A stretch of DNA of 64,000 nt from a virus, in the IMG/VR virus record IMGVR_UViG_3300033143_003851, positions 9,904 through 73,903 of that record, one strand, 5' to 3'. The notes under the pieces were generated by a model, which was given only the letters and a program-made list of their open reading frames with translations, did no database searches and was not told the DNA's origin. The position numbers and the translations under genes are program-made. Shown here in pieces: positions 9,142-19,283 of this stretch. Within the stretch, counting starts at the first letter, position 1, and every line of letters starts with the position of its first letter.

Positions 9142-9412
9142 GCATCATCTTAATATTTTTATTACTATATTTATATCCTTCCTTTTTTAGCATTCTCACT
9201 CTCTGACTATATGTTGGCATCCTAATACCGTGATATGGGTCCCATTTTTTTGATTTTGCCCATAAACTATAACACGTATCACAAATATTTGTTCTATAGA
9301 AAGGGGCATGTCTGGATCTACAATATTTGCATCGTTTTGGTTTTTTATCTTTTGTGGGCATTTTATAGAATGAGAATGCGCTAAATGAGCTAAATGGGCT
9401 AACATATGGCAT
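9086..9412 (-). CDS. Basic Zn-finger protein
   Basis: CKYC...CDTC. Confidence 0.55.
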   Translation of the reverse strand: MPYVSPFSSFSAFSFYKMPTKDKKPKRCKYCRSRHAPFYRTNICDTCYSLWAKSKKWDPYHGIRMPTYSQRVRMLKKEGYKYSNKNIKMMHAASATIMEVEDETSGDV

Positions 9413-11046
9413 TATTTCACAACCTTTATTGGTTCGTCTTTTCTGGACCCATATCTGTATACAGTAACTCCCTTAAGACTTGGTAAAAACTTAAGTAAGT
9501 TATCTGACAACTCATCCACACTATACCCCGATGGCAGTATGATCGTTTTTGAAATACTGCCATCTGTCCACTGTTGAACCTGCTTCTGCACAGCTAGATG
9601 TTCCTCTGGTGGACACGAATATGCCGACACAAGGTGATCTGTTGGTAATCCAAAACCACTTAGTTCTTTATATATTGAAGCAAACTCGTGAAATTCTTTA
9701 TACTTACTCCCATCATATCTAATTTTCCTAATCCACTCAATAGCTGGCGGGGGTTCAATTCCACTAGTTGTCTCTGCTACAATACTAATAGTTCCTGTTG
9801 GGGCCACTGCTAATAGTTGCATGTTTCTCAAACCATATTGTTTAATGTGTGTTATAGTTGCTGTATTAAGTTTCTTAGCTATAGGACTTGCGAAAAATTT
9901 ATCACGACAATTATACCATGATGGTGCAGGTCCATCTGTTTTAGCTAACATAGCGCTTGTCTCATATGCTATATTAAGAATGGTGGACATTATCTTATCA
10001 ATAGTTGTCATACACCGTTCGTTATCTCCATATCTAATTCCCATCCTAGCTAACAGATTATACAACCCCATAAACCCAACACCAACTTGTCTGTAGTGGT
10101 GGGACACCACTCTAATCTTATCTATAGGGTATGTGGTCTTATCTAATACTTTATTAAGCCCACACACAGCTAGTTTAGTTGCACTTGCTAGTCCAAGTAA
10201 GTCTACTCCACCCTCATAGTAAAAGTTTTCTAAGTTAATAGATGCCAAACAACATGACCCATTCTCTGGTAGGGGCACCTCGCCACAGGGGTTTACTCCA
10301 TATATTGGGGCATCTATGTATGAATCTCGTTGCATATTTTCTATATTAATAATACCTGGTTCTCCGTTCTTCCATGCTTGTTCTACAATTTTTCTCCACA
10401 GTATTCTAGCAGGTAAAGATGCGGTTAAAGGAATATTATGGGCTGATCCAAATGGTTTAAGATTCCACATATCATCATTTTTCACAGCTCTAATGAAGTC
10501 ATTATTGATAGCTACAGAAATATTAAAAGATGACAATATTTTATCGTCTTTTTTGAAGTTGATGAACTTAAGAATATCTGGGTGAGAAACATCCATTATA
10601 CCTATTAGAGCTGCCCGCCTCTGTCCACCTTGTTCCATAGTCTTAGCAATTGAGTTAACAGCATTCATAAACCCAAGGGGCCCACAAGCATAGCCCCCTT
10701 TAGTATATATATAACTACCTTCTTCTCTTAGCTTACTTGCATTAATCCCAACACCACCGCCACTGGAGCTAACTATAGAAAAGTCTCTAAACAACGAACC
10801 TATAGATTCTATATTATCATTCCAACCTAGTGTAAAACAGTTCAGTAATGCTGGGTGCTTCCGCCCAGCATTTCGCATAGTTCTACCACCAAATATAACG
10901 CTCTTCTGATACATCAGTGATTTTAAAGTATTTGGTAGACCTAAAAATTTACACGTCCTATCACAACATTGTTCCCAGGTTTCATCTGGATTTAGTGCGT
11001 GTCTAGATTTAAATGTTGCCTCTGCAATAGGGGTCTTGAATGACAA
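9412..11046 (-). CDS. nrdJ: Class II (adenosylcobalamin-dependent) ribonucleotide reductase
   Basis: LLNCF, GGGVG, QGGQRRAA, HPDI..FI, GEPG, NPCGE, CCLASINL, APTGT, ISKT, KGVTVYRYGSR; no small (R2) subunit gene in the window. Confidence 0.92.
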   Translation of the reverse strand: MSFKTPIAEATFKSRHALNPDETWEQCCDRTCKFLGLPNTLKSLMYQKSVIFGGRTMRNAGRKHPALLNCFTLGWNDNIESIGSLFRDFSIVSSSGGGVGINASKLREEGSYIYTKGGYACGPLGFMNAVNSIAKTMEQGGQRRAALIGIMDVSHPDILKFINFKKDDKILSSFNISVAINNDFIRAVKNDDMWNLKPFGSAHNIPLTASLPARILWRKIVEQAWKNGEPGIINIENMQRDSYIDAPIYGVNPCGEVPLPENGSCCLASINLENFYYEGGVDLLGLASATKLAVCGLNKVLDKTTYPIDKIRVVSHHYRQVGVGFMGLYNLLARMGIRYGDNERCMTTIDKIMSTILNIAYETSAMLAKTDGPAPSWYNCRDKFFASPIAKKLNTATITHIKQYGLRNMQLLAVAPTGTISIVAETTSGIEPPPAIEWIRKIRYDGSKYKEFHEFASIYKELSGFGLPTDHLVSAYSCPPEEHLAVQKQVQQWTDGSISKTIILPSGYSVDELSDNLLKFLPSLKGVTVYRYGSRKDEPIKVVK

Positions 11047-11047
11047 T

Positions 11048-11377
11048 CTATTCCCTCTCTAGACTTTCTATTGCTTTATGTTCTGCTTCACAATCATTAA
11101 TTCCTTCAATAGAAAATGCCCAGTGAATTATCTCATGCTCAACAACGGTGCTTATAACATACTCAATAACTTCCTCACATGAGTCATCAACGACGCTTGT
11201 ATGGCACCACTGCATAGCTCCCAGAGAAACCTCAATTACGTTTGGTGGACAAAACAACCCTAACAAAATTGCACTGTTCTCTGCATCAATAAACGGACTT
11301 AAACTATATTCTATCTCGATCATTATATTCTCTCCTGTATAACCACCTGGGGCATGGGTTTTCCCCTGTTGAGGCAA
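11048..11377 (-). CDS. Small acidic zincin-like (HExxH) protein
   Basis: TVVEHEIIHWA...EAEH; likely start at MIEIE. Confidence 0.5.
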   Translation of the reverse strand: MPQQGKTHAPGGYTGENIMIEIEYSLSPFIDAENSAILLGLFCPPNVIEVSLGAMQWCHTSVVDDSCEEVIEYVISTVVEHEIIHWAFSIEGINDCEAEHKAIESLERE

Positions 11378-12317
11378 TCCGATCTGCCCACCCTACAGTG
11401 GCACTAATTCTTTCTATGATTCTATTTTCCTCTCGGTTATTAATTCCAACTGGAAACCACCTAGCATTTTTCTTAAAATACTCAAATATCTTAATTGGTT
11501 CCAATCCTTTTTCAAACCTTAAAAATACTGTAAGTGCCCAATACATATCATGGTCAGGCAACTTATCTAATAACATAACTTCTAAAAATGGTTGTGTAAT
11601 TCCTGCAGGCTTCTTAGGAATAAATTTTTTGGTCTCTATTTTAGGAACATCCATTAAAAGTACTTCTGGTTCAGAGGGTATATCTATGTCAACTTGCCCA
11701 ATTGATTTCTGAAATATTGTGCTGATGCGATCATCTATATTAATAGGAACACTATACCTGCCATTCCCTCTGGCACCACACAACCTAACGATGCCATTTC
11801 TTTTATATACACTAAGGTCCACATTTTTAGACCTGCCTATAGTAAGCCCATATTTTTGTAGGTTAAGATGGTCATACATCTTCTGAGTTTGTTGCTTCAG
11901 AAATATCATAGTTGAATACTCATCTGCATCAGACGGCTCTATATGCCATATTAAGTGGAGCCCCTTAACTCCACTAAATTTAACTATAGGTGGTGTCAAA
12001 GAAAAATTATATATGTCCCTAGCTGCATGCAACATATTCCATTTACCAGGTGAATCTAAGTCTATAACATACAAATATATATTATTATTTTGTTTAAGAC
12101 TAGAGCATGGACAGTATTGTGTTGGAGAATAGTCTGAACCTTCCCTAGGATTAAACCACACATCTCTGTCCTCCTGCCATTCAACAATGCGACTGAAACT
12201 AGGTGCAGGAGCAATGATTGAGTTACACTCATCCAATATTTCTCTATTAATTTTCATCACACCATCTCTTTTTACCGTCTTTGCGACAGTCTTTACATGG
12301 ACCAAATAAAGCTGCAC
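11304..12317 (-). CDS. Archaeo-eukaryotic primase (AEP) with C-terminal helical domain
   Basis: VIDLD (motif I), KFSGVKGLHL (motif II), VDLSVY...RL (motif III); likely start near 12257. Confidence 0.85.
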   Translation of the reverse strand: MQLYLVHVKTVAKTVKRDGVMKINREILDECNSIIAPAPSFSRIVEWQEDRDVWFNPREGSDYSPTQYCPCSSLKQNNNIYLYVIDLDSPGKWNMLHAARDIYNFSLTPPIVKFSGVKGLHLIWHIEPSDADEYSTMIFLKQQTQKMYDHLNLQKYGLTIGRSKNVDLSVYKRNGIVRLCGARGNGRYSVPINIDDRISTIFQKSIGQVDIDIPSEPEVLLMDVPKIETKKFIPKKPAGITQPFLEVMLLDKLPDHDMYWALTVFLRFEKGLEPIKIFEYFKKNARWFPVGINNREENRIIERISATVGWADRIASTGENPCPRWLYRREYNDRDRI

Positions 12318-12395
12318 ACTCAGATTTAGTAAGAGGCTTTTTAGCTTGTGGTGTGTTATTATATTTTTTCTTTTTCTTTGGTCCTTTCATATTTA

Positions 12396-12875
12396 CTACC
12401 CAAACATTGGATCAAACTTTTCTTTAGGTTCATTATATAGATTGTTTATAATAGTATCAATATCTTGACCCTGTGCTGATTTTTTCTCAATTGTATGCAC
12501 AGTATCAATACCTAAGCTGGCAACAAGTTCAGCTCTGTGTAGCTCTTCTATACCTAACAATATTAACATATTTAACAAAGTATTTAAGGTATATTCTACC
12601 TCATCTTTATCCAATTCTGTCATAAGTTCTGCTAACCTAGCTCTTGTTGTGCCGTGAGTAGTGAATAAAATTTTAGGGTTGCCCTCATCTTTTTCTTTTT
12701 CAATTTGTTTACTAATCGTAGTTACAATATTTTTTATAGCTTCTTTTCCTTTTGTCATATTCTCAACCATTATACCGCCCCTCCTTATGACATTGTCTCC
12801 AGTACGGACACCATTTTTTGTTGCAAAATTTGTATGTTGGATTCGATTGATATATGTTTCGATTGACACAATCAA
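12396..12875 (-). CDS. Putative ribbon-helix-helix DNA-binding protein
   Basis: ILFTTHGTTRARLAEL...TLNTLLNMLILLGIE strand-helix-helix pattern; likely start at MVENM. Confidence 0.4.
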   Translation of the reverse strand: MIVSIETYINRIQHTNFATKNGVRTGDNVIRRGGIMVENMTKGKEAIKNIVTTISKQIEKEKDEGNPKILFTTHGTTRARLAELMTELDKDEVEYTLNTLLNMLILLGIEELHRAELVASLGIDTVHTIEKKSAQGQDIDTIINNLYNEPKEKFDPMFG

Positions 12876-13647
12876 TGAAAAACCTGACCCGCCTAAGTAC
12901 TTTTTGAGCTAGATCATCAGGTGGAATTATAGCAACCCACTCACAAGTTCTTAAGTAGTGGCCTGCCATGAGTTCAGGAATTTGTCCATACTTCTCTGCA
13001 TATATGTATGAATAAAACTCTAGTTGTCTAATATATTCTTCTCGCATGGGCATCTTATATGGTTTACTAGTTTTATAGTCTACAATAGCTACCCCAGCAC
13101 TGTCCCCCATAGGGAGCACAGCATCAATCTTACCCCTTAATATAACTGGTAATTTTTCCCCCTCAGTGGTGATAACACACATATCAGATGAGATACGCAC
13201 ATCTATCTCAGTTGCTTTAGGGTGCATGTTCTTAAATGCTAAGAATGCTGGTTTCCCTGCATCCACATATACAAAGAACTGCATAACATACCAAAGAATA
13301 TATCTGTCAACAATCTTAGTAATATCTGTTAGTGTTTCCAACCAATCAATCTTGTTCTCTACACAGTATTTTTTAATTCCCCCCCGCTCAATCTCAGTAA
13401 TACATATATTGCTACCTATGTGTGCCATAAACTTGTGTAGTTCTGTCTCTGTCTTACAGTTATTTTTAATATCGTGCCAAGACAATAGACTTAGTTTCTC
13501 CACGATGTCATGGACAACTCTGCCTTTATATATGTGTATTGAAGGTTCCTCAGGAATCCTTAAAATATATCTATAGTAGTACTGAGATGGGCAAGCATAG
13601 AACTTGTTAATCATGGTGGGGGATACTCTGAACTCTTTGCTCACCAA
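12763..13647 (-). CDS. Cas4/RecB-like PD-(D/E)xK nuclease
   Basis: SPT..N.FYACP, GRVVH, RGKIDAV, IVDYKT, QLEFY, C-terminal C..C..C completing an Fe-S staple. Confidence 0.88.
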   Translation of the reverse strand: MVSKEFRVSPTMINKFYACPSQYYYRYILRIPEEPSIHIYKGRVVHDIVEKLSLLSWHDIKNNCKTETELHKFMAHIGSNICITEIERGGIKKYCVENKIDWLETLTDITKIVDRYILWYVMQFFVYVDAGKPAFLAFKNMHPKATEIDVRISSDMCVITTEGEKLPVILRGKIDAVLPMGDSAGVAIVDYKTSKPYKMPMREEYIRQLEFYSYIYAEKYGQIPELMAGHYLRTCEWVAIIPPDDLAQKVLRRVRFFIDCVNRNIYQSNPTYKFCNKKWCPYWRQCHKEGRYNG

Positions 13648-15053
13648 ATATCCTCCTTTGATATAATTACACTAACGTTGCCCGTAATAGGGTTATCAAA
13701 TAACATATCTCCTGTTCTTGAATCAATCTGTGAACTAACCCATCTCTCATATGACTCATCGTCTGTAGATTCTTTAATCTTGTCTCTACCATGTCTCCAA
13801 CAGTTGACCCAATCAATTTTTTCAACTTCTTCAAATGTCTGGACCCGATAGAACACCCAAGATCTGGTATCACTACTTCGCTTCTTAACCTCTAGGTGGT
13901 GGCTATGCTCAGCCATCACAGTCATAACATACCTGACAAAATCATATGGTACTTTGATATCTATCTCAGATAAACCTCGAACCACGTCATCAACTGTAGC
14001 CCACTTACGAGTTTCCTGTTTAACAGAATATTGTAAAATATCTTGTTGAGATGTATTAAGTGTGCCACCAAACTCTGGGCGCTCATACATCTGTAAAATT
14101 TTATCTCCTAAGTATGGAACCCCAAGAATATTTCTGGCACATGTTTGTCCATATATAAAATGATTAACTCTGACATCTTGTATTGTCATTAAATATCTAC
14201 CGACATTCTTATCTTTAACTTTCATACTATATGGAGATACTGCATCTGTCCCAATCCTTAGCTTGGCAAATGCCTTAGCAAATTTATGATATTGGATCTT
14301 ATAACTGGGCGATGTAGTTCCATATGAGGGCAATGTCTCTACTAAATATGTAGCGAACGGGTTAGCAATTGGTAATAGTTCTCGTGAATCAGCTACGATA
14401 ATACGTCTAATTCTTTCTTGTAGTGAAAATACTTCTTCTTCTGTAAATTCACTGAATCTTTCGGGTAAAAATTCCCATTCTGCATTTAGTTTCTCGATTT
14501 CGTGAACATGTTTTGGTGTAATATCTAAGTTGATTTCTGGGAACCGCCTGGCTAACTCTGTGTCAGTTCCTCCCTTACCATAGTGCATGTTCTCATAGGC
14601 TCTGGTGTATACGACACCAATATCTTTAGGGATTGTTTTTGTTTCTACCCCAGTGCGATCAGCCTTAGTAACAAGCCTCTTGGAGTCTTTACCCTCGCCC
14701 AGATCTTTCATCATCTCAACCAGGGACAACTTAGATTCACCAATTGCTTTCTGTAACTCTGGAATATATAGAAACTTAATATTTTCCCATTGGTCATAGA
14801 ATGCAGCTGTGTCGCTAGATAATCCAATTTTCTTAATCCATGAACTATCTACCAATTCAAACATCGTATCAAGTAATTTAGTTTTGCCTGCCCCACTAGT
14901 ACTAGCGATGCCAAATTTCATCCTAGTTGTTAGTGCAGCAAATACTGTTAAAATATTTTTTTCTTCACCAGCATATCCTTCATGTCTGGCCCATCTTAAT
15001 ATGTCTTTTAGAATTTTCACTATCCGCCACCTCCACCAATTCCCCATTAACAC
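13641..15053 (-). CDS. P-loop ATPase, probable replicative helicase
   Basis: Walker A SGAGKT, Walker B-like LYIPEL, ELARRF Arg finger; next to the primase and Cas4-like genes. Confidence 0.7.
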   Translation of the reverse strand: MLMGNWWRWRIVKILKDILRWARHEGYAGEEKNILTVFAALTTRMKFGIASTSGAGKTKLLDTMFELVDSSWIKKIGLSSDTAAFYDQWENIKFLYIPELQKAIGESKLSLVEMMKDLGEGKDSKRLVTKADRTGVETKTIPKDIGVVYTRAYENMHYGKGGTDTELARRFPEINLDITPKHVHEIEKLNAEWEFLPERFSEFTEEEVFSLQERIRRIIVADSRELLPIANPFATYLVETLPSYGTTSPSYKIQYHKFAKAFAKLRIGTDAVSPYSMKVKDKNVGRYLMTIQDVRVNHFIYGQTCARNILGVPYLGDKILQMYERPEFGGTLNTSQQDILQYSVKQETRKWATVDDVVRGLSEIDIKVPYDFVRYVMTVMAEHSHHLEVKKRSSDTRSWVFYRVQTFEEVEKIDWVNCWRHGRDKIKESTDDESYERWVSSQIDSRTGDMLFDNPITGNVSVIISKEDIW

Positions 15054-15083
15054 ATTTCCAACAATTTTCTCCTATCAAAAAAA

Positions 15084-15284
15084 CTACCACACAGATTTTT
15101 CAAGAATCATGAGACATTTAGTAATTCGTTTTTTAATTCTCTTGAGTCTCCACTCTAAAAACCAACTATCATAGTAAATGCATTCTTCCATCTGAAATTT
15201 TTTTGTCTTACCTTTAATATAAATTAATACGTGCCCTGCTGATGGATATATTCTCCAGTTAATTTTTATATATTGCTCAGACAT
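15084..15284 (-). CDS. Hypothetical protein
   Basis: ORF in packed operon. Confidence 0.45.
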   Translation of the reverse strand: MSEQYIKINWRIYPSAGHVLIYIKGKTKKFQMEECIYYDSWFLEWRLKRIKKRITKCLMILEKSVW

Positions 15285-15696
15285 TATTAACCACCTTCAT
15301 CCATGCTTCATCTGGGGTATCTGCTATAAACCATATACCAATCGCATCACCGCATTTGCAATCACAAGGACCCTCTACTCCATAGTCCATTAGTCGATAG
15401 TTGCCATTGATTTCCCACAACATTTCCATATAATTATTGTCAGAAGGGAGATATAATGGATTATGTTTAAAACTTATTAGCCTGGTAATAGTATCTTCAG
15501 TGCCTTCCCAAGGAGACGGACCAATGATAATATAGTCATCATCTCCCAACATAAGAAAGTATCTGATTTCAGAATCATCCTGACCTTCCGTATAATATAA
15601 ACCAAAATCTTTCTCTTTCCACCTATGCTCTCCATAAACATCTCTAACTTTCTGAGCAATCTCAATTTCTCTATGGTTGCTTGCGATGGTTTCCAT
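15277..15696 (-). CDS. Hypothetical protein, paralogue of 19477..19836
   Basis: Shared REIEIAxKVR, LPS..Y.xMLWEI and TPxEAWMKVV blocks. Confidence 0.75.
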   Translation of the reverse strand: METIASNHREIEIAQKVRDVYGEHRWKEKDFGLYYTEGQDDSEIRYFLMLGDDDYIIIGPSPWEGTEDTITRLISFKHNPLYLPSDNNYMEMLWEINGNYRLMDYGVEGPCDCKCGDAIGIWFIADTPDEAWMKVVNNV

Positions 15697-15872
15697 CACA
15701 AGCCCCATCCTTCTCTAGTGTGATTAAGCATACCGTCTTTACCAAACACCGTGCTGTAGATATTGCCATATCTACAGCTTTTGCACACACTACTTCTTTT
15801 ACTTGTCCCGTACTTACAAAGTTTGCATTTTCGTTTACGCCTTTTAGATTTTCTGCTGTTCCAAGATGCCAT
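15696..15872 (-). CDS. 58-aa basic Zn-finger microprotein (not in ORF track)
   Basis: MASWNSRKSKRRKRKCKLCKYGTSKRSSVCKSCRYG; GAGGTG RBS. Confidence 0.65.
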   Translation of the reverse strand: MASWNSRKSKRRKRKCKLCKYGTSKRSSVCKSCRYGNIYSTVFGKDGMLNHTREGWGL

Positions 15873-16158
15873 CTATCCACCTCAGTTGTCTTCTCATTCT
15901 ATTGATACTTTTATTAACAATACCTCTTATTATAGGCATACATTTTAAACATAAAGGATAGTTATTAATTGGAGAAGTATAAGTATTGTTTCTATATTTT
16001 GAACAGTTGTTACATCTGCGTGATTTGTTCCCATCTTTATCGTAAGATATATTACATCTATTACAGTATATTTTCTCTTCTTCATCAAATATTTGTATCT
16101 CATAACCACAATCACATACAAAGTATTTTATTTTTTTAGTTATAGTTTTAAGTGGTAT
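15844..16158 (-). CDS. 104-aa double Zn-ribbon protein, probable AUA start
   Basis: GAGGTGG-aaa-ATA CCA CTT; CDCG..CNRC..CNNC..CLKC; no ATG/GTG/TTG in frame before about codon 70. Confidence 0.6.
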   Translation of the reverse strand: MPLKTITKKIKYFVCDCGYEIQIFDEEEKIYCNRCNISYDKDGNKSRRCNNCSKYRNNTYTSPINNYPLCLKCMPIIRGIVNKSINRMRRQLRWIDGILEQQKI

Positions 16159-16299
16159 TTTTCCACCTCTGGTAGTACTTAGCTAACTGCTCTGGTGTTG
16201 TTGTAGTGCCAATAGGCTCGGTGCCACAATCAAAACAGTAATATCTATTACTTGTCTGGCTGTAAAAAGCGAGGCGACTACAGTCTGGACACCTCATAG

Positions 16300-16581
16300 C
16301 TAACCACCAGCATGTTTACTCATAAGTCTTCTAACCTCTTCGGCTTCTGAATTACTAACAACAACAACTTTGTTCCGCCTAGCATATGACTCAAAGTCCC
16401 TAAGCTCATCCTCTGCCAACACAATCATCCTTTGAGCATTAGACCTGATAGTTGCCAACTCTTCATCAGTTAAGTCCCTGGCCTCTTCAAGCACAGCTTC
16501 AAGCACCACATAACAATCCTTTTTCTCATACTCTCCCGTGCTTATGGTGTTGCCCATACTAACTTTAATCGAATATGTCAT
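16300..16581 (-). CDS. Hypothetical phage protein
   Basis: ORF; IKVSMGNTISTGEYE resembles a widespread small phage family. Confidence 0.55.
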   Translation of the reverse strand: MTYSIKVSMGNTISTGEYEKKDCYVVLEAVLEEARDLTDEELATIRSNAQRMIVLAEDELRDFESYARRNKVVVVSNSEAEEVRRLMSKHAGG

Positions 16582-16834
16582 AAATAACCAACTCTATTTA
16601 ATATAGATCCTTCAACATATGGGGGAACCTTACTGCACTTAGGACACACCCAATCTCCACCTGTATCTGTTGTAGTGTATATGCAATATATACTACAACT
16701 TGGACATTTATCTCGTCTCATAACAACCACCAGAAAGTAGCAGCACACATAGCAAACAATAAGATGAAAATATTTAGTGGCATTTTCATCTCACCCTATA
16801 AAATTGTTCTTCTCCCATGTTTAGTCCTCTGTAT

Positions 16835-17638
16835 TCAATTTGGCCACCAACTAATTTTCTTACGATTCTTAAAGATATGGATTGCTTTCTCTAGATCCCC
16901 AATACCGCCACCAATATCACTCATAAGGGTCATAGTAATAATCTCCTGTAAGTTCCTAGCGGTGGGTGTCAGCTCAAGGATTGTTTGCTTACACTTCTCA
17001 ATTGCCTGCATAGATTCAGTATCAAACATCCCAACTTCTTCAACTACCGACTCTACCTGCTCTGTCTCCTCAGAAACAGAACCCCAGGGCACAAACTCAA
17101 CATACCAATTAGATTTCCCATCCTGTGAAGATATGTGGCATTCATATTCGTGCCATGTATCTTCACTCCAACTCTTGTTGAGTCTTTTTAACCCATTTGA
17201 AATAGCTAAGGCAAGCTTAGACTGTTCTGGATACCAGAGCTTTTCCTCACAACACAGCGTGCCATTACCCCACTGGTGGCACTTGCTACACAACCCACTC
17301 TGTCCATACCTCTCCCAGTGTTTAATCACAACCCCTGGTTCGTTAGGGGGTTCGATATAGAACGACCAAAGCTCCCACCTACCACCATATGGAGATGGTC
17401 CTGTCTTTGGAGTATCATACATAAGCCTAAGATATTGTGAGTGCCACATAAATAGGTGCATAAATCTGGCATCTCCTTTGTTTTCCCCTCGGGTAATTGG
17501 CAAATCCTCAAACCCACAGTATCCATCCTTTTTCTGCCTAGCATATTCACTAAACTTAGGGAACGTACTATCGTATAAAATTTTCATCTCTGGGCTTTTC
17601 TGCCCAGCTTCCTTTAATAAAACTCGTCTAGTATTCAT
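16835..17638 (-). CDS. Hypothetical replication-module protein (possible ssDNA-binding/annealing)
   Basis: Aromatic-rich beta domain, CxxC..CC insert, acidic linker; located upstream of the helicase. Confidence 0.4.
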   Translation of the reverse strand: MNTRRVLLKEAGQKSPEMKILYDSTFPKFSEYARQKKDGYCGFEDLPITRGENKGDARFMHLFMWHSQYLRLMYDTPKTGPSPYGGRWELWSFYIEPPNEPGVVIKHWERYGQSGLCSKCHQWGNGTLCCEEKLWYPEQSKLALAISNGLKRLNKSWSEDTWHEYECHISSQDGKSNWYVEFVPWGSVSEETEQVESVVEEVGMFDTESMQAIEKCKQTILELTPTARNLQEIITMTLMSDIGGGIGDLEKAIHIFKNRKKISWWPN

Positions 17639-17844
17639 ATTTTTTCCTCTTTTAATTTTTTACCACAAAACATACAAAACTTAATTGGCACCTTAAAACC
17701 AGCGCCTGCCATTTCACAACAACTTGCAACGTCTACATCAATATATAGATTTTTATTTCCCATGTAAAGTTCTAAGTTAGAATAATTAGTTAAAAACTTT
17801 GTCTCAATATTAAATATTACTGAGTTTTTACAGTACATACACAC
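17635..17844 (-). CDS. Zn-finger microprotein
   Basis: MCMYC...IKFCMFCGKKL. Confidence 0.65.
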   Translation of the reverse strand: MCMYCKNSVIFNIETKFLTNYSNLELYMGNKNLYIDVDVASCCEMAGAGFKVPIKFCMFCGKKLKEEKI

Positions 17845-18077
17845 TATATCTCACAACCTTCACATATTCTCTTCATGCGTCGCCTAAAATTTTTAAACTC
17901 TGGTTTAGCATAGATACCCCAATCAACAATATCAATTGAGGAATATAGTTCACATACTCTTAATAGTTCTTTTAGGCCCACGTCATATTCGTGGTGTTTG
18001 CCCAGTTGGAAATAATTTTTGGATTTTAATGTTTTCTCATTAGGTTTGTTTTTATCATATGTTACATGCATCCTCAT
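17844..18077 (-). CDS. Hypothetical protein
   Basis: ATGA-coupled ORF. Confidence 0.5.
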   Translation of the reverse strand: MRMHVTYDKNKPNEKTLKSKNYFQLGKHHEYDVGLKELLRVCELYSSIDIVDWGIYAKPEFKNFRRRMKRICEGCEI

Positions 18078-19012
18078 TGACTATCACCGAATAACTTTTT
18101 GTGCTCTTTTACTTTATCTTCATAAATACTAACAATTTTATCCATAAGAGCTTGGGTGTTTCCAAGTTCTTGTTCTGATGCAATATATTTAAAAAATATG
18201 CTTGAACTAAACTTGGATGACCAGAAGTATTTTGGTCCTAAGCTCCCCCATACTTTGTATCCTATGAATCTATGGTTATCGTCTGTATACTTATTTTCAT
18301 CAATAACTTCATATTTTGAGTAGACACATATAAAGTCATCATCTCCCCGAAGGTGTTGTGGTATTAGCTCGTGCAGTTTTTCCGCAACACCTTCTTCTGG
18401 CATAGTCCACTTATTTACAGGACCATCAGACTTCTCAAGAATAGCATATACGTGGGCTTCCCCATACTTAACACGCTTAATATCGTGCTTTAAGATATAT
18501 CGCCCTGGCACTATATCAATTGTGTCAATATCAGGGGAACCCCCTTTACATACAAAGTCATCATAGTCTGCTAAAGAATACCACCACAGATCAGTACAGA
18601 TCCCACCAACTTCTGGTCCCCAGGATTTCTCTACAACATCAATATAGTCATCATCATGGGCGTAATTAGCAACTCTTAAAGTATTTCCATCTTTAAAAAT
18701 CCCTGGACATGAGTTTCCTACAAACCCATGCAGCAACCCCTGTTCCCCATACCACTCCACTGTCTCCTTGATGCCCAGCATTTCGTTAACATAAAAATCT
18801 GGGCATCCTGGGTACTGGTCTCTAAAGTCATTCCCATATGCTAGTTTGCCACTAGGAATTTCAATAGCTATTTCTATATACTGTCCGCCATAGTTTCTCT
18901 TAGGCATAAAACCACCTCGGTATACTATCATATTGGTCAAAGTATCCTGTGCAGTCATGCAAAATATTTTGACCTTCTCCTGACCACAAACCAAATAAGC
19001 TTGGTCTACCAA
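18074..19012 (-). CDS. Hypothetical protein
   Basis: Long ORF with FVGNSCP and ICTDLWWYSLADYD segments. Confidence 0.65.
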   Translation of the reverse strand: MVDQAYLVCGQEKVKIFCMTAQDTLTNMIVYRGGFMPKRNYGGQYIEIAIEIPSGKLAYGNDFRDQYPGCPDFYVNEMLGIKETVEWYGEQGLLHGFVGNSCPGIFKDGNTLRVANYAHDDDYIDVVEKSWGPEVGGICTDLWWYSLADYDDFVCKGGSPDIDTIDIVPGRYILKHDIKRVKYGEAHVYAILEKSDGPVNKWTMPEEGVAEKLHELIPQHLRGDDDFICVYSKYEVIDENKYTDDNHRFIGYKVWGSLGPKYFWSSKFSSSIFFKYIASEQELGNTQALMDKIVSIYEDKVKEHKKLFGDSQ

Positions 19013-19088
19013 CTTTAATTCTCATAAATCCCACCCAATTTCTTCACAAGTTTCAAGAACCTATTAATATATGTTTAGTATTATAAAT

Positions 19089-19283
19089 TTAGTAGAACTT
19101 TATTAAGTGTTTCACACAACAGAAATGGTGTAAGCTACCATCAAACTCAGATCCATACCCATGAGAGACACTTATTGTATCGTACTCTAGCTTTTTTCCA
19201 CACATATCACAAGAATATTTTTTATGATATTCGCCACATTTACTACATCTGCTTTCGCTGATTGCCATAGCTACTCCCCCCAC
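19089..19283 (-). CDS. Zn-finger microprotein
   Basis: CSKCG, CDMCGK, FCCVKH. Confidence 0.6.
   Translation of the reverse strand: MGGVAMAISESRCSKCGEYHKKYSCDMCGKKLEYDTISVSHGYGSEFDGSLHHFCCVKHLIKFY

Noticed and set aside
12763-13647. CRISPR-Cas system suggested by the Cas4-like gene
   Set aside because: No cas1/cas2 and no repeat-spacer array seen; stand-alone Cas4-like nucleases are common in viral replication modules.
16300-16581. Ubiquitin/SAMP-like modifier (C-terminal GG) as substrate of the ligase cluster
   Set aside because: Mostly helical C-terminal half with no beta-grasp pattern, and it lies about 7 kb from the cluster; the GG is probably chance.
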